DNA of 64,000 nt from Candidatus Eiseniibacteriota bacterium (GTDB lineage: Bacteria > Eisenbacteria > RBG-16-71-46): the NCBI GenBank assembly GCA_963717505.1, contig OY970342.1, positions 2,368,001 through 2,432,000 on the forward strand, read 5' to 3'. Shown here piece after piece: positions 1 to 10,602 of this stretch. How positions within the stretch are numbered: position 1 is the first letter of the stretch; every line of letters begins with the position of its first letter. Below the pieces are notes generated by a model. It had not been told where the DNA came from. It ran no database searches and was given only the letters and a program-made list of their open reading frames with translations. The translations under genes were made by a program, and so were the position numbers.

Positions 1-402
1 CCGACCTCGATCGGGCCGTTCGACGTCACCACCCTCGGCTCGATCCTGCTCCACCTCCGCGATCCCCTGACCGCGCTCGAGCGCGCGCTGTCGATGACGC
101 GCGAGACCGTGATCATCACCGAGATCCCGACTCAGTTTCAGCGGCTAACCCGCATGGCGTGGACGCGGCTCGTCGGCCAGGGGCTGTTCAGCCGGTTCAT
201 CAAGCCCCGGATGGAGTTCCTGCCGAACGCGAAGGCCCAGGCGCCGTGGGAGACCTGGTGGTACATCTCACCCGAGCTGATCGCCCAGTGGATCAGCGTG
301 CTCGGCTTCTCGGACATCACGTTCAGCTACCACACCCAGAGCTACCTGGGTCGCAAGGTTCCGCTCTACACCCTGGTCGGACGCCGGCCGCGCCCGCGCT
401 AG
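1..402 (+). CDS. Class I SAM-dependent methyltransferase, 5'-truncated by window edge
   Basis: Frame open from base 1: PTSIGPFDVTTLGSILLHLRDPLTALERALS, typical FD...LxHLxDP methyltransferase motifs. Confidence 0.6.
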   Translation, partial: PTSIGPFDVTTLGSILLHLRDPLTALERALSMTRETVIITEIPTQFQRLTRMAWTRLVGQGLFSRFIKPRMEFLPNAKAQAPWETWWYISPELIAQWISVLGFSDITFSYHTQSYLGRKVPLYTLVGRRPRPR

Positions 403-403
403 C

Positions 404-1000
404 CTAAGCGTCGACCATCGCGCCTCGCACCAGGCGCACGATCTCGTCGGGCGGCACCTCCTGGCCCAGGACCGTGGTGCGCACGTAGCCGCGCCGGTCG
501 AGGATCAACAGGCCCGGACGCGTGTTCGGGTGAATCGAATCCCGCAATCCGTAGAGTGACGAGACTTCGCCGGTGCCGTCGGCGAGGAGCAGGAAGGTCA
601 GATCCTTGCGATCGGCGTGCGCCTGCACCGTCTGCGGCTTCTCGCGGACTACGGCGACGACCCGGGCTCCGAGTAGTCGCAGCTCGCGCTCGATCGTCTG
701 CAGCTGCCCGGTTGGGGTCGCGCGATCGGAGAACACCAGCGCCACCCAGTCGCCGCGCAACGACGAGAGGCGCACCGAGCGTCCGTTCGAACCTTCCAGC
801 TCGAAGTCCGGCGCTCGATCCCCAGGATAGACGCGCGCGATCGTCTCGCCTGAGGCCCGCGGCGTCACCGACTCGCCGCTGGGTTGGGGTGGTGGCGCCG
901 GCGCTGCGGGCAACTTGCTCTGTGCGCGCGCCACGGGGGGGACGAAGCTCACGGCAACCACTACCGCGAGCGGGACCAACCACGAAAGAACCCTGTTCAT
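404..1000 (-). CDS. Secreted redoxin/AhpC-TSA-fold protein lacking cysteine
   Basis: Signal peptide (VARA|Q); GDRAPDFEL..G..VRLSSLRG, FLLLAD, LILDRRG motifs; no Cys in protein. Confidence 0.7.
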   Translation of the reverse strand: MNRVLSWLVPLAVVVAVSFVPPVARAQSKLPAAPAPPPQPSGESVTPRASGETIARVYPGDRAPDFELEGSNGRSVRLSSLRGDWVALVFSDRATPTGQLQTIERELRLLGARVVAVVREKPQTVQAHADRKDLTFLLLADGTGEVSSLYGLRDSIHPNTRPGLLILDRRGYVRTTVLGQEVPPDEIVRLVRGAMVDA

Positions 1001-1036
1001 CGCATGCCTCCCGGTCGGAGATGGTCGCGATTCCCT

Positions 1037-2050
1037 TCAGGGTGCGCGGCCGTGACTCAACAGGTTCTCCACTGCATCCCTTGCAGCGCGGAGATTCTCG
1101 GATCGTGCGTCGGGTGGAATCGAACAGCCCGGGGCCACCAGCCAACGACGGCCCTGCGTGCGCTCGAAACCCTGCAGCAGCTCGGCGACCACGTCATCGG
1201 GGGTGCCGTTGACGATCGCGCCCTCGTGGGCGACGCCGCCCATCGCGGCGGCACGCATGCTCCCCTGGGCGCGATCGAGGGACGGATTGGTCGGATCGGT
1301 CGCGGCCCACGAGAACGCGTGGACCGGGTAGTCGGTCAGCTCGAGCAGCAGGTTGTTGCCCCGGCACACGTGCAGCACGTTGAACCGCGCCGCCGAGGCG
1401 GCCGCCATGACGCGCAGGTCGGTGGGGCGTGCCCATGCCCGATAGGCCTCGGGACTCATGAGCGATCGCTCGGCCCAGTCCACGGTGGCGAAGTAGATGC
1501 CGTCGGCGCCGGCCGCGAGCACGGCGGGGACGAAGGCCTCGAACGTCTCGGTTACGGCGTCGAGGGCCGCGCGCACTTCCGAGGGTGAGGCCTCCATGTG
1601 CGCGCGCAGTACTGCCGGCGACTGGACCATCTCGCCCAGCACCGCGAGCGGAGTGAAGACCGTCTCGATCAGCGGCACGTCCTTGGGCAGTCCGCGACGC
1701 ACCAGGCGCACGGCTTCGATCTGTTCGGCCAAGGCGCCGCGATCGGCCGGCTGTCGGGTGATCGCGCGCCAGTCCGACGCACGCTGAACCGGCCAGGACT
1801 CGAGCACGGGTTTCTCGCCCGGCTGGCCGCTATAGAGGTAGCGAACGCCCCACGGCTCGACGTGATAGTGCTTGCGCGGATTGAGCTTGACCCAATCCCA
1901 GAGGTACTCGCGCTGCAGGTCGAGCGTCGCGGCGGCCAGGTCGTCCGCCGAGGATTCGCGATGATAAACGTGGCCCCAGAAGGAGACCGGGGGACGATCG
2001 ACCGGTGCTCCCTCGAGTGCAGCCCACACCCGTTCGCGCGGGGTCATCAT
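1037..2050 (-). CDS. Uroporphyrinogen decarboxylase (URO-D/MtaA-CmuA) family protein
   Basis: MTPRERV...DRPPVSFW N-terminus, AGADGIYF, LHVC, C-terminal APGCS..P....ENL. Confidence 0.8.
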   Translation of the reverse strand: MMTPRERVWAALEGAPVDRPPVSFWGHVYHRESSADDLAAATLDLQREYLWDWVKLNPRKHYHVEPWGVRYLYSGQPGEKPVLESWPVQRASDWRAITRQPADRGALAEQIEAVRLVRRGLPKDVPLIETVFTPLAVLGEMVQSPAVLRAHMEASPSEVRAALDAVTETFEAFVPAVLAAGADGIYFATVDWAERSLMSPEAYRAWARPTDLRVMAAASAARFNVLHVCRGNNLLLELTDYPVHAFSWAATDPTNPSLDRAQGSMRAAAMGGVAHEGAIVNGTPDDVVAELLQGFERTQGRRWLVAPGCSIPPDARSENLRAARDAVENLLSHGRAP

Positions 2051-2195
2051 CAGTGGCGCCTCCGGATGGCGGACGAAGCCATCCGTCTGGACCTATGATC
2101 CTAGTCCTCGGCCCCGCGTCCAGACAACGTGAGATTTGGAGCGCCTGCGGCCGCAGCGCTTGCGTTCTCGCCGGCACTGATCCAGCGTCGGGGCA

Positions 2196-2777
2196 ATGCC
2201 CCATTGCTGCGTCGGTTCGGGCCTGCCGCGGTCCGCTGCATTGCTGTGCGTCCTGGTCCTGGGTTGCGGTCGGAACGAGCCCCGTCGCGGCGATACGCTC
2301 GCGATCGGAGTCGATGTGCGCGCCGACAGCGCCGGGACGGTGATGACGATCCAACCGCCGCCTCTGGCGCGCATCTGGGTGGCGCGCGTCGCGCCGGTTC
2401 GACCCTCCGCGGGCTCGCTCGATTTCGCGCCCACCGAGCCGACCCCGGACTCGGTGATCGTCGAAATGCCGCCGGCGCCGCATCTGCTGATCGACGACGA
2501 CTTGAAGGCGCCGATCCCTCGGCGGGCGCCGGTCTTGAGCGTGCCGCTCCGGTACGCGCGCCAGCGGAGCGTGATCTCGATCGAGATGGATGTTCGCGTG
2601 GATGCCGACGGCTCGGTGTCGGACGCGTTGTGGGCCGGGGGCAGCAATGATCCGGAGCTGGTCCAGGCCGCGACCCAATGCGCCCTGACCATGTCGTTCT
2701 ACCCGGCGCTCCAGGGCGGCAAGCCGGTTCCGGTGTGGTGCCGGCAGCGATTCGACTTCGGCAGTGGGGTGCGTTGA
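2196..2777 (+). CDS. TonB C-terminal domain protein, possible lipoprotein
   Basis: VRVDADGSVSD...AATQCALTMSFYPALQGGKPVPVW..QRFDF; LVLGC lipobox-like. Confidence 0.7.
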   Translation: MPHCCVGSGLPRSAALLCVLVLGCGRNEPRRGDTLAIGVDVRADSAGTVMTIQPPPLARIWVARVAPVRPSAGSLDFAPTEPTPDSVIVEMPPAPHLLIDDDLKAPIPRRAPVLSVPLRYARQRSVISIEMDVRVDADGSVSDALWAGGSNDPELVQAATQCALTMSFYPALQGGKPVPVWCRQRFDFGSGVR

Positions 2778-2851
2778 CCGAACCGAGCCCAGGGACTAGC
2801 GTCCCCGAGCCGATGCCGCGCGCCCCCTCGACTGAATCCGCGACTCCCGCG

Positions 2852-3850
2852 ATGACCACGCCGTCGTTCGACCGCAGCCGGCTGGACGCGATCCTCGACC
2901 GCTTTGCCGGCCGGCGCATCGCCGTGCTCGGCGACTGCATGCTCGACCGCTACCTGTGGGGCCGGGTCGAGCGCATCTCGCCCGAGGCTCCGGTGCCGGT
3001 GGTCGAGATCGAACGCGAGACCCTGTCGCTCGGCGGCGCCGGCAACGTCGCCGCCAATCTGCGCGCCCTGGGGGGAGTCCCGATCCTGTGTTCGGTCGTC
3101 GGCGACGACGACGACGGGCGCCGGCTCGCCAACGAGCTCGAATCGCGCGGCGTCGAAGTTCGCGCGCTGGTCAGCGACCCCGGACGACCGACCACCGTGA
3201 AGACTCGGATCATCGCGCACGCGCAGCAGGTGGTGCGCGCCGATCGCGAGTCACGCTCCGACCTCGCGGGCGAGACGCTGCGGCGCCTGATCGCCGCGGT
3301 CGAGCGCGAACTGGGCGGCTGCGAGGGGCTGGTGGTCAGCGACTACGGCAAGGGCGTGATTCACCCCGGGACGCTGGCCCCGGCGCTCTTGGCGGCCCGT
3401 GCGCGTGAATTGCCGGTGGGCGTCGATCCCAAGGAAAGCCACATCGACGCCTATCGCGGGGTCAGCATCCTGACGCCGAATCAGCACGAAGCCGGCTACG
3501 TCCAGGGACGCCGGATCGTCGACGAGCCGAGCCTGCTCGAGGTCGGCTGGGGCTTGCAGAAACGAGTCGACGCCGAAGCGGTGCTGATCACCCGCGGCCC
3601 GCAGGGCATGAGTCTGTTCGAGCGGGGCGGGCGCTACACGTACCTGCCGACCGCGGCGCGCGAGGTCTACGACGTCACCGGCGCCGGCGACACGGTGGTC
3701 AGCGCCGTGACGCTGGCCCTGGCGGCGGGCGCCGACTATCCGAGCGCCTGTTACCTGTCGAACCACGCCGCGGGGCGTGTGATCCGCGAGGTCGGGACCG
3801 CCACGTGTACGGTGGCCGAGATCCGCGCGTCGCTGGACGGCAGGGGGTGA
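2852..3850 (+). CDS. rfaE1: D-glycero-beta-D-manno-heptose-7-phosphate kinase (HldA); alternative TTG start at 2774
   Basis: GDCMLDRYLWG.VERISPEAPVPV, GGAGNVA, SDYGKG, DVTGAGDT. Confidence 0.92.
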   Translation: MTTPSFDRSRLDAILDRFAGRRIAVLGDCMLDRYLWGRVERISPEAPVPVVEIERETLSLGGAGNVAANLRALGGVPILCSVVGDDDDGRRLANELESRGVEVRALVSDPGRPTTVKTRIIAHAQQVVRADRESRSDLAGETLRRLIAAVERELGGCEGLVVSDYGKGVIHPGTLAPALLAARARELPVGVDPKESHIDAYRGVSILTPNQHEAGYVQGRRIVDEPSLLEVGWGLQKRVDAEAVLITRGPQGMSLFERGGRYTYLPTAAREVYDVTGAGDTVVSAVTLALAAGADYPSACYLSNHAAGRVIREVGTATCTVAEIRASLDGRG

Positions 3851-4335
3851 ACGCGAGCCCGCTCTCGGTGGAGCAGCGCGCGACCCTCGAGGGCTGGCGC
3901 GCCGCCGGACAGCGAATCGTGTTCACCAACGGGGTGTTCGACCTCCTGCACCGTGGCCACGTCGAGTACCTCGAGGACGCTCGCCGGCTCGGAGATCGAC
4001 TGGTGGTCGGCGTCAACTCCGACGCCTCGGTCACCCGGCTCAAGGGAACGAGCCGCCCGCTGGTCGCCGAGCACGAGCGTGCCGAATTGCTCGCGGCACT
4101 CGAATGCGTCGACCTGGTGGTTGTGTTCGCAGACGACACGCCGCAGGCACTGATCGAGGCGGTGGCACCCGACGTGCTCGCCAAGGGTGGCGACTGGGCG
4201 CTCGACCGCATCGTCGGCCGCAAGTTCGTCGAGGCGCGCGGCGGCCAGGTGGTGCAGGTGCCGGTGCGCGCGGGCTGGAGCACCACGTCGATCGTCGATC
4301 GAATCCTGGCGGGGAAAACCGCGCTCGACCCCTAG
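3847..4335 (+). CDS. rfaE2: D-glycero-beta-D-manno-heptose-1-phosphate adenylyltransferase (HldC)
   Basis: VFTNGVFDLLHRGH, GVNSDASV.RLKG, KGGDW; GTGA overlap with rfaE1. Confidence 0.92.
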   Translation: MNASPLSVEQRATLEGWRAAGQRIVFTNGVFDLLHRGHVEYLEDARRLGDRLVVGVNSDASVTRLKGTSRPLVAEHERAELLAALECVDLVVVFADDTPQALIEAVAPDVLAKGGDWALDRIVGRKFVEARGGQVVQVPVRAGWSTTSIVDRILAGKTALDP

Positions 4336-4512
4336 CGGTTTCGGCGCCGGAGTGCGGGCCCACCGCGTGCGCGACCGGCTTGATTGCCGCCGAGGCGAAG
4401 CGTACATTCTCACGTCCTTTTCACTTCGCGCCGGTCGCGCTGCAATCCGCGATTCCACAGCCGGCGGCGCGGTTTCGCCGACGACCTCGCGGTCGCGCAC
4501 GCTCGGGACACC

Positions 4513-5997
4513 ATGGCGCAGACGTTCCACAACTTCATCGCCGGCCGCTGGATTCCGGCACGTTCGGGGCGCACGTTCGCCAACCTGAACCCGGCGACCG
4601 GCGAGACGATCGGCTCGTTCCCGGACTCGGAAGCGGCCGACGTCGCCGACGCGGTCGCGGCGGCGCGCGCGGCGTTTCGCGCCTGGTCGCTGACCCCGGC
4701 GCCCAAGCGCGCCGAGCTGCTCTATCGGCTCGGGTCGCTGATCGCGACCCGCAAGGACGATCTGGCGCGCGGCGCCACCCGCGAGATGGGGAAGATCCTG
4801 ATCGAGACGCTGGGCGACGTGCAGGAAGGCGTCGACATGGCGTTCCTCGCGGGCGGGGAAGGGCGTCGCATGTACGGCGTCACCACCCCGAGCGAGATGC
4901 CCAACAAGTGGGCGATGTCGGTGCGCGCCCCGCTCGGTGTGGTCGGTGTGATCACGGCGTGGAACTTTCCCTTCGCGGTGCCGACCTGGAAGATCTTCCC
5001 GGCGCTGGTCGCCGGCAACACCGTGGTGTTCAAGCCCTCGGAGCTGTCGCCCGAGACCGGCGTCCGCCTGGCGGAGTTGATCGCCGAGGTCGGGTTCCCG
5101 CCGGGCGTGCTCAACCTGGTCCACGGCGACGGGCCCAAGTGCGGCTGGCCGCTGGTCCAGCATACGGACGTCGATCTGATCTCGTTCACCGGCTCGAACG
5201 CGGTCGGCGGCAAGATCGCCGAGGAGTGCGCGCGCACCGGCAAACGCGTGTCGCTGGAAATGGGCGGCAAGAACGCGGTGATCGTCCTCGACGACGCCGA
5301 TCTGGTGCTGGCGGCGGATGCGCTGTCGTGGAGCGCGTTCGGCACCACCGGCCAGCGCTGCACCGCCTGCAGCCGTGCGATCGTTCACCAGAAGGTGCAC
5401 GACGAGCTGCTGCAGCTCGTGGTCCAGCGTGCGAACGCGCTCAAGCTGGGCGACGGCCTCGATCCCGCGACCCAGATGGGGCCGGTGGTCAGCCAGAAGC
5501 AACTCGAGCGGGTCCACGAATACGTCGGCGTCGGCCAGCGCGAGGGGGCGAAGCCGGTGGCGGGCGGTGAGCGAGCGACCGGCGGCGACCTGGCGCGCGG
5601 CTCGTTCTACCGGCCCACCGTGTTCGACGCGGTGACGCCGGGCATGCGCATCGCCCAGGAAGAGATCTTCGGGCCGGTGCTGAGCTTCATTCGCGTGGCG
5701 TCGCTCGACGAAGCGATCGCGGTCAACAACGCGACGCGCTACGGACTGTCGTCCTCGATCTTCACCGCCGACGTCAATCGCGCGTTCCAGGCCATGCGCG
5801 ATCTCGCGACCGGAATCGTCTACGTCAATCACGGCACGACCGGGGCCGAAACGCACCTGCCGTTCGGCGGGGTGCGCGGGACCGGCAACGGTCACCGCGA
5901 GGCCGGGCACACGATGCTCGACGCGTTCACCGAGTGGAAGAGCATCTACGTGGACTTCAGCGGCCGCATTCAGCGGGCGCAGATCGACAACAACTGA
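4513..5997 (+). CDS. Aldehyde dehydrogenase family protein
   Basis: WNFP, FTGS, EMGGKN, GQRCTA, EEIFGPV, PFGG. Confidence 0.93.
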   Translation: MAQTFHNFIAGRWIPARSGRTFANLNPATGETIGSFPDSEAADVADAVAAARAAFRAWSLTPAPKRAELLYRLGSLIATRKDDLARGATREMGKILIETLGDVQEGVDMAFLAGGEGRRMYGVTTPSEMPNKWAMSVRAPLGVVGVITAWNFPFAVPTWKIFPALVAGNTVVFKPSELSPETGVRLAELIAEVGFPPGVLNLVHGDGPKCGWPLVQHTDVDLISFTGSNAVGGKIAEECARTGKRVSLEMGGKNAVIVLDDADLVLAADALSWSAFGTTGQRCTACSRAIVHQKVHDELLQLVVQRANALKLGDGLDPATQMGPVVSQKQLERVHEYVGVGQREGAKPVAGGERATGGDLARGSFYRPTVFDAVTPGMRIAQEEIFGPVLSFIRVASLDEAIAVNNATRYGLSSSIFTADVNRAFQAMRDLATGIVYVNHGTTGAETHLPFGGVRGTGNGHREAGHTMLDAFTEWKSIYVDFSGRIQRAQIDNN

Positions 5998-6028
5998 CCG
6001 AGCGCCGCGCGCGACGCCGGGAGGAGCG

Positions 6029-7192
6029 ATGAACCTTCACGAATATCAGGGCAAGGAGCTGTTCGCGCGCTTCGGGCTGCCGGTGCTGCCCGGCCAGGTC
6101 GCGACCACGCCCGAGGAGGCGCGCGACGTCGCCGCCTCGATCGGGGGCACGGTGGTGATCAAGGCCCAGGTCCAGGCCGGCGGGCGCGGCAAGGCCGGCG
6201 GCGTGAAGCTCGCCCACACTTCGGACGAGGCGTTCGAGAAGGCGCGCGACATTTTGAGCCTGACCATCAAGGGCCTGCCGGTGCGCCGCGTGCTGGTGGC
6301 CCAGGCGGCCGACATCGCGCGCGAGCTGTACCTGGCGATCGTGCTCGATCGCTCGGCCAAGCTGCCGCTGATGATGCTGTCGGGCGAAGGCGGCATCGAC
6401 ATCGAGGAAGTGGCGCGCGTAGCACCGGAGAAGATCGTGCGGCGACACCTGCCGCTGACCGGCATCCGGTCGTGGGAAGCGCGCGCGATCATGAAGCCGT
6501 TGTTCCCCGATCCGAAGCAGGCGGCGCAGGCGGCGGACATCCTGATGAAGTTGTGGCGTGTGTATGCGGAAGGCGACTGCTCGCTCGCCGAGATCAACCC
6601 GCTGGCCGTGACCCCCGAGGGCCGCGTGGTGGCACTCGACGCCAAGGTGATCCTCGACGACAACGCCGAGTTCCGGCACCGGGACTGGGAGTCGTGGCGG
6701 GAGGGCGCCGACGAGACGGCGGCGGCGCGGCTGGCGCGCGAGAAGGGGCTGTCCTACGTCAAGCTCGACGGCGACATCGGCTGCATCGTCAACGGCGCCG
6801 GCCTGGCCATGGCGACCATGGACCTGATCAAGCACTACGGCGGCGAGCCCGCGAACTTCCTCGACATCGGCGGCTCGTCGAATCCCGACAAGGTGACCGC
6901 CGCACTGCGGATCATCACCACCGATTCGACACCGCGCGACGGCGCGCCGTCGCGGGTGCGGGCGATCCTCTTCAACATCTTCGGCGGCATCACCCGCTGT
7001 GACGACGTCGCGCGCGGCATCGTCCAGTCGCTCGATGCATCGCCGCTCGAGGCGCCGTTGGTCATTCGACTCACCGGCACCAACGAGGACCTGGCGCGGA
7101 AGATCCTCGCCGAGCGCGGGCTGTCGGCGACCACGCAGATGGATGAAGCCGTGCGCATGGTGATCGAGAAGGCCCAGGAGGTGACGGTGTGA
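6029..7192 (+). CDS. sucC: Succinyl-CoA synthetase beta subunit
   Basis: [45 protein letters not shown]; GGAGG RBS. Confidence 0.97.
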   Translation: MNLHEYQGKELFARFGLPVLPGQVATTPEEARDVAASIGGTVVIKAQVQAGGRGKAGGVKLAHTSDEAFEKARDILSLTIKGLPVRRVLVAQAADIARELYLAIVLDRSAKLPLMMLSGEGGIDIEEVARVAPEKIVRRHLPLTGIRSWEARAIMKPLFPDPKQAAQAADILMKLWRVYAEGDCSLAEINPLAVTPEGRVVALDAKVILDDNAEFRHRDWESWREGADETAAARLAREKGLSYVKLDGDIGCIVNGAGLAMATMDLIKHYGGEPANFLDIGGSSNPDKVTAALRIITTDSTPRDGAPSRVRAILFNIFGGITRCDDVARGIVQSLDASPLEAPLVIRLTGTNEDLARKILAERGLSATTQMDEAVRMVIEKAQEVTV

Positions 7193-8238
7193 GCATCCTG
7201 ATCGACAAGAGCACGCGCCTGATCGTCCAGGGAATCACCGGCCGCGACGGGGCCTTCCACGCCAAGCAGATGGTCGAGTACGGCACCAAGGTGGTCGCGG
7301 GCGTGACGCCCGGCAAAGGCGGCGAGTCGATCCACGGTGTGCCGGTGTTCGACAGCGTCGCCGAGGCGGTGCGCGCCACCAAGGCCAACGCCTCGGTCAT
7401 CTACGTTCCAGCGCCGTTCGCGGCCGACGCGGTCGACGAGGCGGTGGATGCCGGAGTCTCGCTGGTCGTGTGCATCACCGAGGGCGTTCCGGTCCGGGAT
7501 GCGCTGAGCTCGTACCATCGGGTCGCGGCGCGGCGGGCGGCGAACGGTGGCGGGCACGCGCCCCCGCGGCTGATCGGCCCCAATTGCCCGGGTCTGATCA
7601 GCCCCGGACTCAGCAAGGTCGGCATCCTGCCCGGACACATCTGCAAGCCCGGTCCGATCGGACTCGTGTCGCGCAGCGGCACGCTGACCTACGAGGTGGT
7701 CCATCAGCTGACGCACGCCGGCCTCGGGCAGTCGACCTGTCTCGGGATCGGCGGCGATCCGGTGATCGGCACCAACTTCATCGACGCGCTCGAGCTGTTC
7801 GAGGCCGATCCCGCCACGCACGCCATCGTGCTGATCGGCGAGATCGGCGGCACCGACGAGGAGGAGGCGGCGCGCTTCATCAAGCGCCACGTCCGGAAGC
7901 CCGTGGTCGCGTTCGTCGCCGGGCAGACGGCGCCGCCGGGCAAACGAATGGGGCACGCGGGTGCCATCATCTCGGGCGGCAGTGGGACCGCCGCCGAAAA
8001 GATGGCGGCATTCGCCGCCGCGGGTGTGCCGGTGGCGCGCATTCCCTCGGAGATTCCCGCGTTGATTCGCGAGCAGCTCGATCGACGTCGCGCGCGCGCG
8101 CCGCGCGCCGTGGCGGGCAACTCCAAGTCGGCCCCCGCGCGCCGGGCGGCCGCCGGACGCAATGGGTCGGGGCCCGGAAAGTCGCGCCGGGCTGCCAAGG
8201 TCGCCCCCGCCCGCAAGCCGTCGCGCCGAGGTCGCTAG
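7189..8238 (+). CDS. sucD: Succinyl-CoA synthetase alpha subunit with basic C-terminal tail
   Basis: [35 protein letters not shown]. Confidence 0.97.
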   Translation: MSILIDKSTRLIVQGITGRDGAFHAKQMVEYGTKVVAGVTPGKGGESIHGVPVFDSVAEAVRATKANASVIYVPAPFAADAVDEAVDAGVSLVVCITEGVPVRDALSSYHRVAARRAANGGGHAPPRLIGPNCPGLISPGLSKVGILPGHICKPGPIGLVSRSGTLTYEVVHQLTHAGLGQSTCLGIGGDPVIGTNFIDALELFEADPATHAIVLIGEIGGTDEEEAARFIKRHVRKPVVAFVAGQTAPPGKRMGHAGAIISGGSGTAAEKMAAFAAAGVPVARIPSEIPALIREQLDRRRARAPRAVAGNSKSAPARRAAAGRNGSGPGKSRRAAKVAPARKPSRRGR

Positions 8239-8330
8239 AAGCCGGAACAGGTCGTTCCCAGAACTCATCGCACGCCAAGAACCATCATGCGCGGACCCGA
8301 AGCGGCCCGCGCCAGGAGGAAGTCCCAGCC

Positions 8331-8747
8331 ATGGAGCGCACGCTGTTCATCGTCAAGCCCGACGCCGTGAAGCGGAACCTGATCGGCAAGATTCTCGCCC
8401 ACGTCGAAGGCGAGGGGTTCCGCATCGCCGAGGCGCGCCTGGCGCGGCTCCAGCGCGACGAGTGCCAGGCGTTCTACGCCGAGCACCAGGGCAAACCGTT
8501 CTTCAACGATCTGGTCGGATACATGACTTCGGGGCCGGTGCTGCTCGTGTGTCTCGAGCGCGACCAGGCGATCACCCGATTGCGCGAGGTGGTGGGGGCG
8601 ACCGATCCGGACCAGGCCGCGCCGGGCACCATCCGCAAGGTCTTTGGCGAGAGCAAGCAAATGAACTCGGTGCATGCCTCCGACAGCCCGGCCAGCGCCG
8701 AGCGCGAGGTCAAACTCTTCTTCGGGGTCGCCGCCCTCAGCCGGTAG
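8331..8747 (+). CDS. ndk: Nucleoside diphosphate kinase
   Basis: MERTLFIVKPDAV, EHQGKPFF, PGTIR, NSVHASDS; AGGAGG RBS. Confidence 0.96.
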   Translation: MERTLFIVKPDAVKRNLIGKILAHVEGEGFRIAEARLARLQRDECQAFYAEHQGKPFFNDLVGYMTSGPVLLVCLERDQAITRLREVVGATDPDQAAPGTIRKVFGESKQMNSVHASDSPASAEREVKLFFGVAALSR

Positions 8748-8856
8748 CGGACCTCGGAACCGGGCAAGTCGGCCCCCCGAGCGCGGCTAGACGGCCCGGC
8801 CGGGCCTGTGCTAGCGTGGCCCGGTGTCCTGGTCCCGCTTCGGCGGGCTTATTTGT

Positions 8857-9330
8857 ATGTCGGGCTTCACGATTGTCCTCCCGGCCTTGGCGCCGGGCGC
8901 GAGCCATGTCCGGCTGGAGGCGCAGGCCGATAGCCTTGGGCTCGAGCCCCGGGAATGGCCGGGGGCCGTCACCGGCACGGTCCTGGTCGAGAAGAACGGC
9001 GACCGGGTATCGGTCCGGGGCCGGCTCGAAGCGACCGCAAGGCTCGAGTGCGTTCGCTGCCTGCGCGAGTTCGACATGCCGGTGACCGTGCCGTTCGAAG
9101 TGTTCGCCGAGCGCGCTGCAACCCATCCGCGTAGCGAGGAGGAGGCTCTCGAGCGTGACGGTTACTTCGTGTTCCACGACGGACGCGATCTGAAACTGAA
9201 CCAAGAGGCCCGCGACGCGCTGCTGCTCGAGCTGCCGATGGCGCCGCGCTGCCGCGAGGATTGTGCGGGCCTGTGTCCGCGATGCGGCGCCGACCGAAAC
9301 CAGGGTCCGTGCGCCTGCGCCGCGGACTGA
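8857..9330 (+). CDS. yceD: DUF177/YceD family protein (alternative GTG start at 8824)
   Basis: ECVRCL, LELPM.PRCREDCAGLCPRCG.D.N..PC.C; upstream of rpmF. Confidence 0.88.
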   Translation: MSGFTIVLPALAPGASHVRLEAQADSLGLEPREWPGAVTGTVLVEKNGDRVSVRGRLEATARLECVRCLREFDMPVTVPFEVFAERAATHPRSEEEALERDGYFVFHDGRDLKLNQEARDALLLELPMAPRCREDCAGLCPRCGADRNQGPCACAAD

Positions 9331-9375
9331 ACCGCCGCCCGGGACTCCCGGGGGCGTGAGCGGAGGAAGTACGAC

Positions 9376-9558
9376 ATGGCGGTACCCAAGCGACGTCACT
9401 CGGCGACCCGCGGACGCAAGCGCCGCACGCACTGGAAGCTCAAGGCACCGGGCCTCAATCCGTGCAGCCGCTGCAGCAGCCCCAAGCTGCCGCACCGGGT
9501 CTGCGCCAACTGTGGCTATTACGACGGCGAAGAAATCGTCACGCCGCGCGGGGAGTAG
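9376..9558 (+). CDS. rpmF: 50S ribosomal protein L32
   Basis: [20 protein letters not shown]...KLPHRVC..CGYY. Confidence 0.97.
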   Translation: MAVPKRRHSATRGRKRRTHWKLKAPGLNPCSRCSSPKLPHRVCANCGYYDGEEIVTPRGE

Positions 9559-9576
9559 GCGGATTCCCCGGATCCA

Positions 9577-10602
9577 ATGACCGCCATCCCACGCATCGGC
9601 ATCGACGCGATGGGGGGTGATTTTGGCCCCACCGCGGTGGCCGATGGCACGGTGCTCGCGCTGCGCGAGGCGCCGGGCCGCTGCGAGGTCACGCTGGTCG
9701 GGGACGAGAAGGAGATCCTGCCGGCGCTCAAGCACGCCAAGGCCGACGGCCTGCCGATTCGCGTCGTCCACGCCTCGGAGCGGATCGAGATGGCCGAGAA
9801 GGCGGTGGCGGCCGCGCGGCGCAAGAGCCAGTCCTCGCTCGGCATCCTGACCCAGCTGCACAAAGACGGCGGGGTCGATGCCGTGTTCAGCGCCGGCAAC
9901 ACCGGTGCGGTGGTCGCGACCGCGCTCCTCGGCCTCGGCCGGCTCGAGTCGGTGTCGCGGCCGGCCCTCGCCTGCCTGATGCCCAATCCTGGCGGCGGCA
10001 CCGTCGTGCTCGACGTCGGCGCCAACGCCGAGTGCAAGCCGTCCTACCTCGTCCAATTCGCCCACATGGGCTCGGTGTATTCGCGCTACCTGCTCGGCCG
10101 CGAGAATCCGCGGGTCGGGCTGCTGTCGATCGGCGAAGAGGACACCAAGGGCAACACCCTGGTCCTCGAGACGCTGCCGCTGCTGCGCAAGGCCAAGCAC
10201 CTCCACTTCATCGGCAACGTCGAGGGCCGCGACGTGTTCAAGGGCACCTGCGACGTCGTGGTCACCGACGGCTTCACCGGCAATGTCGTGCTCAAGACCG
10301 CCGAGAGCGTGGCCGGGCTGCTCGCGCACCGCATCAAGGACACGCTGCGCAAGGACCCGCTAGCCAAGTTCGGCGCGCTGTTCATGCTGCCGGCACTCCG
10401 CCGGCTCAAGGCCGAGATCGACTGGGAAGAGTACGGCGCCGCGCCCCTGCTCGGGGTGAACGGCGTCTGCTTCATCGGCCACGGGGCGAGCGGGCCGCGG
10501 GCGATTCGCAGCGCGATCCGCACCATGACGCTCTTCGTCGAACAGCGGGTCAACGAGCACATTCGTGAGGAGATCCTGGCGGACCATGACTCCGCGGCCT
10601 GA
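9577..10602 (+). CDS. plsX: Phosphate acyltransferase
   Basis: IDAMGGDFGP, SAGNTGA, LDVGAN, GNVEGRD, DGFTGNV.LK. Confidence 0.96.
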   Translation: MTAIPRIGIDAMGGDFGPTAVADGTVLALREAPGRCEVTLVGDEKEILPALKHAKADGLPIRVVHASERIEMAEKAVAAARRKSQSSLGILTQLHKDGGVDAVFSAGNTGAVVATALLGLGRLESVSRPALACLMPNPGGGTVVLDVGANAECKPSYLVQFAHMGSVYSRYLLGRENPRVGLLSIGEEDTKGNTLVLETLPLLRKAKHLHFIGNVEGRDVFKGTCDVVVTDGFTGNVVLKTAESVAGLLAHRIKDTLRKDPLAKFGALFMLPALRRLKAEIDWEEYGAAPLLGVNGVCFIGHGASGPRAIRSAIRTMTLFVEQRVNEHIREEILADHDSAA

